A stretch of 64,000 nt of DNA. Source: Blasia pusilla. Taxonomy: Eukaryota. The stretch is taken from assembly GCA_050084515.1 (NCBI GenBank), contig CM114271.1:3906001-3970000 (forward strand). The letters are read 5' to 3'. Below are positions 45,955 through 56,538 of the stretch, in pieces. Both the position numbers and the translations under genes were made by a program. Under the pieces are notes generated by a model. The model was not told the DNA's origin. It worked only from the letters and a program-made list of their open reading frames with translations, and did no database searches. Every line of letters begins with the position of its first letter. Positions within the stretch are counted from its first letter, which is position 1.

Positions 45955-46398
45955 TGTCACATCTGAGTAGCCGATAGGCCGAGATCTATCGTGGATAGGC
46001 GTAGGAGCCAACGGACTATCTTGAGTGTAACTTTGTCCCACAAAGTGTCGGATGAAGTTGAGGATAGGTCCATTGTGTCGTGAACGTCATTTCGGCGACT
46101 TTCATGTTGAGGTCTTTTGGCCGTGTGACTTGTTGACGAGGTCACTGCCCAGTAACTGTGTCTGCGCGTGAGTTACCAAGGGAAGGGCTATTTTTAGGAG
46201 AAGAGCCTTTTGGCTCTTCCCAACCTATATAAGAGAGGAAGATGGCTTTCCTAAGCCATCTTTCTCATGTTGGGCCGTTGGAGCACCTCTCTTGTATGTG
46301 TGTGAGCTAGGACTAGGGTGCTAGCGTCCGGATTCCTTGATAGCACAGGGTGGACGAGGCTCGATATGCCGATGTAGATTGAGGAGTGGAGTTTTAGG
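45955..46398 (+). repeat. 3' LTR copy (truncated by rearrangement)
   Basis: Matches 37302-37748 with visible substitutions and indels. Confidence 0.85.
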
Positions 46399-47340
46399 CC
46401 GGGTGTGCCGTTTTTACTCCAAACATGTACTTCCTCATTTGACAAATGGAGATAGATGTGCACGTTGTCGTGCGCATACATATCGCTACACAACATACAT
46501 CGCTCGTCACATCTACACCATACAACACTGATCTTCCCCTCACACGGGCCGGGTGTGTCGTTTCTTCCCCACACACGGGTGTGCCATATCGCAACCCATG
46601 TCGTCCATCTCTTGCCAAGTACTACTGTCTCTGTCGGTGATATTGTCACTAGACCCAGTGTCCAGTGATGACGATCCAGTCACGGATGGATGTCGAGGGA
46701 GCTCCTCACTGGTAACCCCTCGGTATCTCACTACACTCCGTATCACACCACTACCACTGCTCGCACTACCCCGTTCTTCCGAACCCTGGAAGAACGCCGT
46801 GATGACAAACCTTGTCTCACCCGCTCAAGCACTCAGACTCACCGAGAGTCTCCCACACGCCTCACTAGCTCACCTATGCTAACGTCAATCCCGTGATGAC
46901 ATACCCGGCCTCACGCACGCTCAACACTCGGGCTCACCATGAGCCTCCCAACTGACTCACCTAACCTAGCCTAAACCACTCGGGTATATGGTGTGTCCCA
47001 AGTACTCAATCTGCTCTTGAAAGAATCTGCACTTGCTTGGATGTAACTTCAGTCCATGTAACTGCAATCGTCGAAACACCTCCTCCAAGTGTCGCTCATG
47101 CTCCTCAACCGTGGAATTGAAGATAAGAATATCATCTATGTAACATCGTACAAAATCCAAGCCAGCCAGAATCCTATCCATCACTCTCTGAAACTCCGCA
47201 GGCGCGTGTGTGGGGAAGATCGGTGTTGTGTGGTGTAGATGTGACGAGCGATGTATGTTGTGTAGCGATATGTATGCGCACGACAACGTGCACATCTATC
47301 TCCATTTGTCAAATGAAGAAGTACATGGTTGGAGGAAAAA
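46399..47340. mobile_element. Rearranged mosaic of fragments of the same retrotransposon family, bounded by a ~136 bp inverted repeat
   Basis: 46411-46546 is the reverse complement of 47205-47340. ~46595-46970 is the reverse complement of ~38320-38695. ~46968-47202 is the reverse complement of RT ~43250-43480. Confidence 0.85.
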
Positions 47341-48894
47341 TACCTGGACAATGTGATAATATAATACGATCATCATTAAGATCAAGGAGATCATAACTAT
47401 GAAAGCATGACACTCTCAGGCTTTCCGAGTCCACATCTTGTCATTTGGGAAGCCAATCTACTAGGCCATTGTAGTCAATTTCATCAAAGTTGAAAGGAAG
47501 ATCTCGTGATTTTTTATCCTTTTGACATGCATATGATATAGTACTATAACTTGCCACTTGTTGCCTTCTGCTGCCAATAAAAAATTACCTGGGCGTGATA
47601 TGAAAATGTAAAAGTTTTTAAGACAAGAGATTCTAAGTTTTTGCTAAAACTAACTTACCTTTGTGAATTCTTTCACAATAGCACTCCATTTGTATGGTAG
47701 GCTTGCACATCACAAATAGGTTGAGTCATCCCCTTCTTGAAGCAAAAGTCAACCATTTTTTTCCACTTTTGCTTTAAGCTGGCCATACTAGATTGAGTAG
47801 CGTAATTCAACTCCCTTTTTCCATCTCATGTTCTTTTGCTACAATAAAATTTTGATCTCCGAAGGCATCCACAAAATCAACTTTACATTACACATTGGTA
47901 CTTGAGAGTCAAGTATCCACCCAATCCTCGTCTTTATGATTTTCTTCCTACAATGACAAACAAACATATAAGTGAGATTTCTGAATTTTCCATTACATGA
48001 AAATAATAGTAGTTGATATGAAAATGAATATAGGGGAAGACTAATCATATTAGCTCCATATGTGGATGTTATACAAGCCCAAATATCTTTCGAGGTAGAC
48101 GATTTAAACTTTTATACCTACAATATGAGCTTCCTTATGTACTCTTCATTTATTGCTCTACAACAGTGATTAAAAATTATTAAAAAGTACATATTGTAAC
48201 CAAGAAAAATAATTGAGGGGCTAGCATGCACCCTCCCTAATATCCACTTCACTCGTGAACCTTCTATTGTGATTAAAACTTCAAAAAAAAATTGACTTAT
48301 AACAAAGAGAAATGAGAGTTTGGCATGAATTGTTGCTTGAAGAGATCACATATATCTTATGATGTACGATAAAAAATACATCATGGTGATTGAACCTCAA
48401 TTATGCAAAGGTTTTTGAATAGCTAGATGAAAACCCCATTGTAGAAAATTGTTAAACAAGCATGATTGGTGGAATACGGCTCTCTCACACACACATTACC
48501 ACGGAGAATGGAATTTTGCAATGAGAAAATATGGGGAGGTTGGTCCCCTTCTCAATTATGCAGGATGTGTATAGTAACCTTAACCCTCACCATAGTCTCA
48601 AGTTATACTAATTTTGGTTAACTAACCTTATCTAAGGTAATTATACTTAACTGACTAACCAATATTAAGCTTTCCTACTTTGTGTGGATACCAAAATCTA
48701 CCAGTTCATGTATCCAATAAGCTTGACTATAACTCAATCTTCAATACACATGCTACTATGTTGCCTACTTGTCCTTTTGGGAACTGAGATAAGACCCAAG
48801 TAGAGAAAACAAAAGCAAGGCTTCATATATTAAAAGCCATCAATTTGCAAAGATTGATTATACACTACGCAAGAGAGAGCAAATACTAAATTAC

Positions 48895-49008
48895 CTTACA
48901 AACGAGGACCTTACAAATGCAAGAACTGATTTCTCATGGAAAGACAAACTCAAGAGCTCTAGTGACAATGTGAACTTCATACCCTATCCCGAGCAAATGT
49001 CTCATCAC
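48895..49008 (-). pseudogene. Orphan exon fragment of L-arabinokinase (copy 1)
   Basis: ag|VMRHLLGIGYEVHIVTRALEFVFP*EI...K|gt resembles the ARA1 N-terminal segment VVRHLIAAGHDVHVVTGAPDFVFTSEIQSPRLKIRK (recalled from memory). Confidence 0.65.
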
Positions 49009-49186
49009 CTTCACATCGACCGGTTCACATGACTTAGCATAGTATCCACAAATAACAAGGCAAACGAAAAGAAGAGAGTGAATTAACAAGAAAGTGATTA
49101 AAGGTGTGCTTAAAGACATAACATGTATCTTATAATGTAAAAAGACTCATTATAAATTTTCCAAGAGAGAGCAAGTACTAAATTAC

Positions 49187-49297
49187 CTTACGAATGAGGA
49201 GCTTAGGAGAATTGATTTCTCATGGAAAGGCAAACTCATAAGCTCTAGTGACAATATATGTGAATCTCGTGCCCTTATTATCAGACGTCTTGTTATC
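49187..49297 (-). pseudogene. Orphan exon fragment of L-arabinokinase (copy 2)
   Basis: ...IVTRAYEFAFP*EINSPKLLIRK|gt. It is a tandem duplicate, including flanking intron sequence, of 48870-49100. Confidence 0.65.
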
Positions 49298-49390
49298 TTT
49301 AGAGAGATTGGTTCACATAACTTAGTACATTATGCACAAACAAAAAGTCATAGGAAAATAAGAGTGTGAATTAACAAGAGAGGAATTGAG

Positions 49391-52300
49391 TGTCACGACC
49401 CTCATAACCTAACGAGCGTCAAGCGGAACATCCGAACTCTAGCGAGCTCACGCTAGGATGGTTTGCGCGTTGGAGTGATCTCTTGGAAGAGACACAAGAG
49501 ATGAGACATGAACAATGATGAGCATTTCATGCATTTATGGTCGTAACAAAAAAACCTTGACCAAAATTGAACCAAGACTAGAGAGGAGTTGAGTCTAGGA
49601 AGGTTGGTTTCCAAAGAGGTGAGAACCGAATTTGGAACGTGACTAGCGTTTGGGGTTTTGACTATATTTGTGACCACAACTGTTAGTTCCAAGTTGTATT
49701 TGAGAAAATTGAGATGGCATTGGAAAGATTATGCAAATTTGGTTCCAATGCACCAAAGATCTCAGCAAACGCACAAGCAAAGAGTGAGATATTGGCCGAA
49801 AATGACTATATGGGTTGTCAAATTGAGGGCCAAAAAGAGGGGCATGAGTGCTCCTTCCCCAAAGGTAAGGGGAGGGCTGAGATACCTACAAGTACTACTA
49901 AGGGGGAAGGTCTCTAAGAGTGCTTGCGACTCGAACCCCACTTTGGGGCACCATAGATTCCAACCAACGACTCGTTTAGTTGGGTCTCATTTTGGGGGCT
50001 CATGTGAGGTCCATTGGACAATAGCTAGGGCACAAACGCCGCTTTAGGTGCCTGGAATAACCTGGAAGTTTCTCCCAAGTCTTGAAAGACTTGCGCGTGT
50101 TGGAAATTTAGGAACTAGGGAAGGTTGATCTTGATGAGGTGCCGAGTTGAGAACTCGGTCGGTTGGAAGGCCGATTGATCCATGCAAGACTAACGTGAGT
50201 GTGTTTGGGTGCAAATTGGCAATGAGAGTGTGTCCTACTGAACGTACACTTTCGCAACACTAAAGATTGACGTTGAAGAGGAGTAGGCGCATGACACATG
50301 GTATCAGACCTAATCCTTGGTGAGCAAGAACCTGAGGTCGTAGGAGCAAGTGGACGCTTGGGGAGAACTCAAGGTAGTAGTGAGGCCTAGACCATCGGGG
50401 AGGGACGGAAGAGACAAGGAGAAGATCTGAAGAGGCAAGTGCTTGAAGATGGAAATCAAGGGCAAAGAACCAAGAAGCGTCGAGTCAAGCGACAAAATCC
50501 GAGAGACAAACTGATGCCAAACCAAGAGCCAGAGGAGGAGACGCTGGTTTTCAAGGTGCCGAGCTCCAGTCATTGAGAATATCCCACATAAGAATCCTTC
50601 CACTGAGCCTTCGACTCTAAACTCAAGTGACCTGGCACTCTATATCCAAATGATGGACTTGATGAAGTTGATGAATGAGTAGATAGCTTAGGATACTAAG
50701 TGGATTGTTGAGCTCGAGTGGAACAGAGCTTCTAGCTCCGGCAAGAAGCTTTATAAGACAAATATTCCAACGCCATTTATGGGAATGTGGCAATTTCAAA
50801 AGGTGAAAAATTCCTGACGGAGGTGGAACTTTACTTTGAGGCACAGAGGGCAAAAGAGCAAGCCAAGGTGACCATGGCGGTCATGTTCCTAAAGGATCAC
50901 CCACTCGAGTAGTGGATGGCTCATCGCAAAGAACATCTAGGCCGTGGAACATCTATGAGTTGGGAGGAGTTCTAGGTGTTGATTGGCAACCGATTCATTC
51001 CAAAGTTTCAGGAGTTTTGTGATAGTGTGAAGTTCGTACGCTTGTGGCAGAGTGGGTCCCTTAGCGCTCATATGTCGGGGTTCTATGCAAAAATGAACTC
51101 GCTTCCCAAGATGGATGAGTTTACAAAGAAGGTGATCTTCTTTAGTGGACTTAAGCCTACTGCATAAAAGGCTCTCTTCCGGATGCTAGAGCTACTGAAG
51201 ACGTGTGTTGAACTTTTGAAGCTGGCAGAGGGGATAGGGGACGATGAGGTCCAAGTCCAGAGACCCTTGGAGCATAAAAGTTTTTATAAGTTATCGAAAA
51301 ACAAGGGGGCATCCAAGAGGGTCTCTTACCCCTGCAGCGAAACGAGTGGAACTCCACGCGAAGCCAAAGGGAGCGCAGCATCCAAAGGCAAGAAATGACA
51401 AGGTGACATGCTACAATTTTGGGGAACTAGGGCACATTGCAAAGAGATGCTCAAAGCCAAAGGTTAGTAATTGGAGTATGATTGTGTTTTCTGCTAAGCA
51501 CTTATCGGCGGGAGGTCTAGAGATGTCCCTTCAAGTCACCAAGAGGACGCCCAATTTGGTATATGTAAGATCCAATATCTCTGATCGTGATGTGATGTTG
51601 TTCGTTGATACAAGTGCTTTGCACTCCTTCTTGAGTCTGAGAATTATGAAGGAGTTGGGTTTGTCAACCACTAAGGCGGACAAGCCCATTTGGGTAGGCT
51701 TTGCTAGAGGCAAGTCTCGCTGAACTTCTGAGATTGGTTCCATGACTAACATGTGGATGCGGAGTATTTGAGTTGAAGGAGAATTTCAGTGTGTGCGAGA
51801 TGGACAGAATCAATCGAGTCTTGGGAACACATTCTTGGATGTGTATGAGGTGGAGCTATGACAAAGTCTATTGAGGTTGAGCGTCTTAGTGAAAGGAAAA
51901 TGGTTGCAGGCGAGGTTGGTTCATAAGGTTCATTTGAAAAAGGAGTTGGTGAACGCTATTATAAGGAGGAGTTTGACCAAGCTAGAAGATGGGTCTCTCT
52001 GCTTGATGAGACAAGTAGAGGAGACTACAACCAAGAGACGCGGAGATCATGACTCAACTTCGAGGGGAATCCCATACTTGCTCCAGAGAGTAATAAAGGA
52101 ATTTGGTGATGTCTTAACGAATGAGCTTGCAAATGAGTTGCCACCACATAGGGCAATCGATCATAAGATACATGTCATCCCTGGGTCTCAACCACCTTGA
52201 AAGGTCCCGTATAAATTGAATCATGAGGAACTTGTTGAGTTGAAAAATCGGTTTAGTGAGCTCTAAGAGAAGGGCTACATCAGAACTAGCAAGTCATCGT

Positions 52301-52750
52301 ATGGAACGCCCATTCTCTTTGTGAAGAAGAAGGATGGGAAAATGAGACTCTGTGTTGATTACCCTACGTTGAATAACGTGACGGTGAGGAACAATTCCCC
52401 TTTTCCGAGGATCGATGATCTCTCCGATAGATTGTAAGGGGCGAAGTACTTCAATAGGATTGATTTGAAGTCATGATATTACCATATTCGGATTGCCGAA
52501 GGTTCATGAACTCCATTTTTCACGAGGAGACGGATGAGTATATGATCATCTACATCAATGATATGCTAATCCATTTGGAGTCACTAGAAGAGCACGCTCA
52601 ACATCTGAGAGCGGTGTTGTCGAAACTAAGGGCAAACAAGTTGTATGCGAATGTGGATAAGAGTGAGTTTGGGTTGCACAAGATCTAGTTCTTTGATTAT
52701 GTGGTTAACACAGATGGAGCTAGACCAGATATGGATAAGGTGAAAGTTTT
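49391..52750 (+). mobile_element. Second, truncated Ty3/Gypsy element (LTR, tRNA-Met PBS, gag, protease, partial RT)
   Basis: LTR TGTCA...TGACA at 49391-50296, PBS tggtatcaga at 50299, degenerate knuckle CYNFGELGHIAKRC, FVDTSA protease, and [18 protein letters not shown] and IYIND RT. Heavily disrupted, with no DNMT seen. Confidence 0.88.
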
Positions 52751-52944
52751 CATGCACATACACATCGCTGTCACCGAATGCACATACAAACACACACGAT
52801 CCCATGCTAACTCATGGAATTCACACAACGAGACAATAAGTACCAAAATATCTCCAATGGAATCCTCCAAGAGAGAGAGTTTGAGAGCTCATTATCTCTT
52901 TGTAAATTTCATGGATCTCTCCATGACAAGGTCTCACAAATATG

Positions 52945-53050
<106 letters not shown>

Positions 53051-53066
53051 AAATCCTTTCTCCTAA

Positions 53067-53391
53067 TGAGAGGTTTGGATTACACACACGAGGCGAGGAG
53101 GACCATAGCTCCATCACCTCATGCCAAGAGGTTCAACAAATAGAGAATGAGCTCTCAAGCTCTCTCTCTTAGAGATAAAGTGGGACTTGACCATTTTGAA
53201 AGGTAATCATTGTGGAAGGTAATTTAATTTTGAGAGGCTTGGATTACACACACGAGGCGAGGAGGACCATAGATCCATCACCTCATGCCAAGAGGTTCAA
53301 CAAACAGAGAATGAGCTCTCAAGCTCTCTCTCTTAGAGGTAAAGTGGGACTTGACCATTTTGAAAGGTAATCATTGTGGGAGGTAATTTAA
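53067..53391. repeat. Near-identical tandem duplication (~164 bp unit) of the dispersed repeat
   Basis: tgagagg.ttggattacacacacgaggcgaggaggaccatag...aggtaatttaa starts at 53067 and again at 53231. Confidence 0.9.
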
Positions 53392-56300
53392 ACATGTGCA
53401 TAGCTCGTGTTTAAATTACTAGTGTAGGGCCTACACCAGTTTTTTATGAAGTCGCATAATTTGTTATTGGTGTAAAGATACCACCAATATTAAAAACACG
53501 TCTCCAAAAGCTTTCTCGGTGGGCTTGGCTCCTACATAAGTACCCTATCTCCATCTATATTATTAATGAAAAATGTCCCTTCAATTGCAAATTCCTCTCT
53601 TGTTGACACTAGACTCTCTCAACTATTTGTAGTATTTATGAAGAATTGATTTAAAATAGCATTCAAAACTTTTGAGAGTTTATTAAATTATTATTAATCA
53701 TACTCTTATTAACTTAAATTAACCATCATGTGCATCCACTAGTTGTCTTATGATGCACAATCAGTTCTCTTTCATGTCTAGTAAGCAATTGATAAGTATC
53801 CAAGTGGATACTTTGTATGATTACAAAGTCGTGTTGAAGCGCTTAAAAACATCTTTCATGTTTATTGCTCTACATGGCATTGCCCTCTCTTTCCTACGAG
53901 GCCATTTGACTCTCTCTCTCTCTTCGAATCCCTCCGTCTCTCTTTGAAAAAACCCACGGCGCTTTTGCTCTTTTCCCTCACTTGCACGTATGTGGAGGAA
54001 CGACATCCGTGACGTTGGATGGCGTCAAAGAACGACATCCACGATGATGGATGGATGGATGGATGGATGGTGCTGCTGCTGCTGCCTATGAGAATACGTG
54101 CTCAGAGGAGGCGAGCGAGTCCATGCACTCCTTTCTTCGGGATGGGCACACAGATCGGCCATTCACTGTCTGCCGTGTAGAGACTGCGCTGCGCAGGCAC
54201 TCCGAGGATTAATTGTAAACCAACGCGAATTTACGGTAGCGCGAGTCGATGATCGTGGCTTTACTGATGGAGATCTACCGTTTCTCCATGGAATTGCAGG
54301 GTTTCGAGAGCCGCGAATGGTCAGCGCAAGCAATAAAAGCTGCGGGAAGTCGAGAAGTTGAGACTGAGATCGGTACCAGGTCTGGCGATTCTTGGCGCTC
54401 ACGGATGATGACATTTTCTCCGGAGAATCTTTGCATGCGCGCAGCGGCCACGCGGCTTTAGCGATGGGAAGCACGGGGATTACCGTTTGTCTGCGACTGA
54501 TTCTTTTATTTAAACATGTGCTTCCTGCACTCCACCAGAGCGGCCTCCGGCACAGGTCGGAGCGTTTGTTTACATCTTTTGAGGCGAGCAAGACATGATT
54601 CAGTTTTGGAACATGTTCAGAAAACGCTCAGTTGCTAGACCGGTCGGAGCAGGAGACGACGTGTTCGATCTGCTTCGCGCTTGTTTCGTGGCCCGATGAG
54701 CTGTGGAGGTTAGATTCAACGGATTTCCACAGGTGTCGCCATCCTCTACAGGTACTTAGATGGAGTGGCCAGAAACGGGGATTCATGTCGAAGGCAACTC
54801 CATCCCATTACACAAAGTTGGTGAACATTCTTCCTCTTTTCAGAAAGTCAAACTGGTAAGGAAAGTTTTTAGATTGGTATTGCAAATGAAGCTCGTTTGC
54901 AACCGGTATAAGTTATTCCAAGAACTTCACCTATTCCTCTCATATGCGGGAATTGTGTGGTGAATAAAGATTTTCCATTTCTCGGGATGGGCAATTGAGC
55001 CCATCGATGTAAGCGATTACAGAAAATCTTAATGCCTTTCTCGTACGTGAGAAATCATACACTGTTATATGTTTTACACAATCACAAGAGCCGGTTCCGT
55101 CCATAGTACCAATCAAGCACGTTTCCTCACGCCCGCTGCATAATTTTTTCCACCGCCCTTGTCCGCAGATCTCCTCGAACGATTCGGCCACACTAGTAGC
55201 CCGTGCATCCTGGTGAAAAGTTTTTTATTTAGGTCAGGTAACGGGAAATTGGCTAGGCGGAGAATAAGCCCTTGAGTGCCCTGAGGCCTAAAAGTATGAG
55301 GACTAATCCCATGCATTGACACGCACTGGATTTCTCCGCTCAGCTTCCCAGAATGGACTCCTAACCACCACGCCAGTTAGCACATCAGCATTCTTCTTGA
55401 TGCCATTGAACGTGGCGTCACAATGCCGCGGGCTCCGAAGAATTCTCCAGACATCAGAGTATGCTCTCGTTCATTATCTGCACGGCAAGCTGTCGTCCAA
55501 TAACACGATCTTCAGGCGGTTCCACGTGACTTCCCATCCCTCCTGATCTTCGCCGGCCTCAGGTGGACCAACTGGACTCCCGAGTCCTACCGCGTATCCG
55601 GCTTGAGCGTCCACGTGTGTCGGACTGACTCCGCCGACTGTACGGCGGCACTCGGGTTTCGGCGGGTCGACCAACACCTCTACGTGGGTCGAAAACCTTC
55701 GCTGATAGATCGTTAGATTACATTTGCATCACTTTCAATTGGAACATATGCCTGACCATTACACACCATGTACATGAGACATAGGGTTTTGAATGGTGTC
55801 GGGTCACGAAGCTTAGAATGACTGACAGTCTTTATCTTGGAAGTTCCCGAGGAACTCAACAAATTAGCTTTACATAAACGACCAGGCAAGAGCCTGCCAT
55901 TTTCTCATGCAAATACTCTACTTGGCCTGGACACACTAACCTGTGCACTAACCTACTATCAAATGCATCCTTCATGAGAGGTCATGCATACTACAAAAGC
56001 AGATCCCTCGCAGCGACTGATTCCTAGTTGCCTCGAGCTTGACACTGTCAGCCCATGCTTCCAACAACTAGGGCCGCCAAACTTCTCAATCGGACCGCCA
56101 AAAACACCTGGCCCAGAACTCTGAGCTCTATGGTCGACCTTTACCAATCACCTATCCTGGTGATAATTTTCCTGACACCCTCCAATCTGCATATCAATTT
56201 CTATCCAGAAACTGCCCCATCCCTCCTGAGGCAGCTCGTGTCGTGCAGTGAAGACCATCTTTGCCGTGCAAAAGGCTGGAGTCAAGAAATCACTGATCAA

Positions 56301-56538
56301 TACCTGTCATTTTGGGAAGCATCTACCTTAAATCTGGATTGCTTACTTTTGGGCTCCTCCCAAAAGGAATGGATATCGTGCCTTCAACCTGAGTCATATC
56401 ACAATTGATGTCGAAATAATTAACTACCAGAAAGAGTGGGAATGAACAACGTACTGTCACTGCCAAGTTCCATTTGTGACAGACTCAGTACATCGTTTGT
56501 CCCCACTCCACTCCTTCATATGACCAAAGGTCTACCAT

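Larger units (their letters stand above)
37302..46398 (+). mobile_element. Ty3/Gypsy LTR retrotransposon carrying a C5 DNA methyltransferase and a PHD finger (degenerate)
   Basis: Direct repeats 37302-37748 and 45955-46398 both begin TGTCACA. Internal order is gag/Zn knuckle, aspartic protease (LDSGA), DNMT, RT (YIDD), RNase H, integrase, PHD. Multiple stops and frameshifts. Confidence 0.92.

Noticed and set aside
37302-47340. DIRS/tyrosine-recombinase element suggested by split and inverted repeats
   Set aside because: A DDE integrase and aspartic protease are present and no tyrosine recombinase is seen; the inverted pieces are better explained by rearrangement.
53950-55700. GC-rich region with several short ORFs downstream of TMN1
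   Set aside because: No recognisable domain or consistent exon structure; it could be UTR or lncRNA but this is unsupported.
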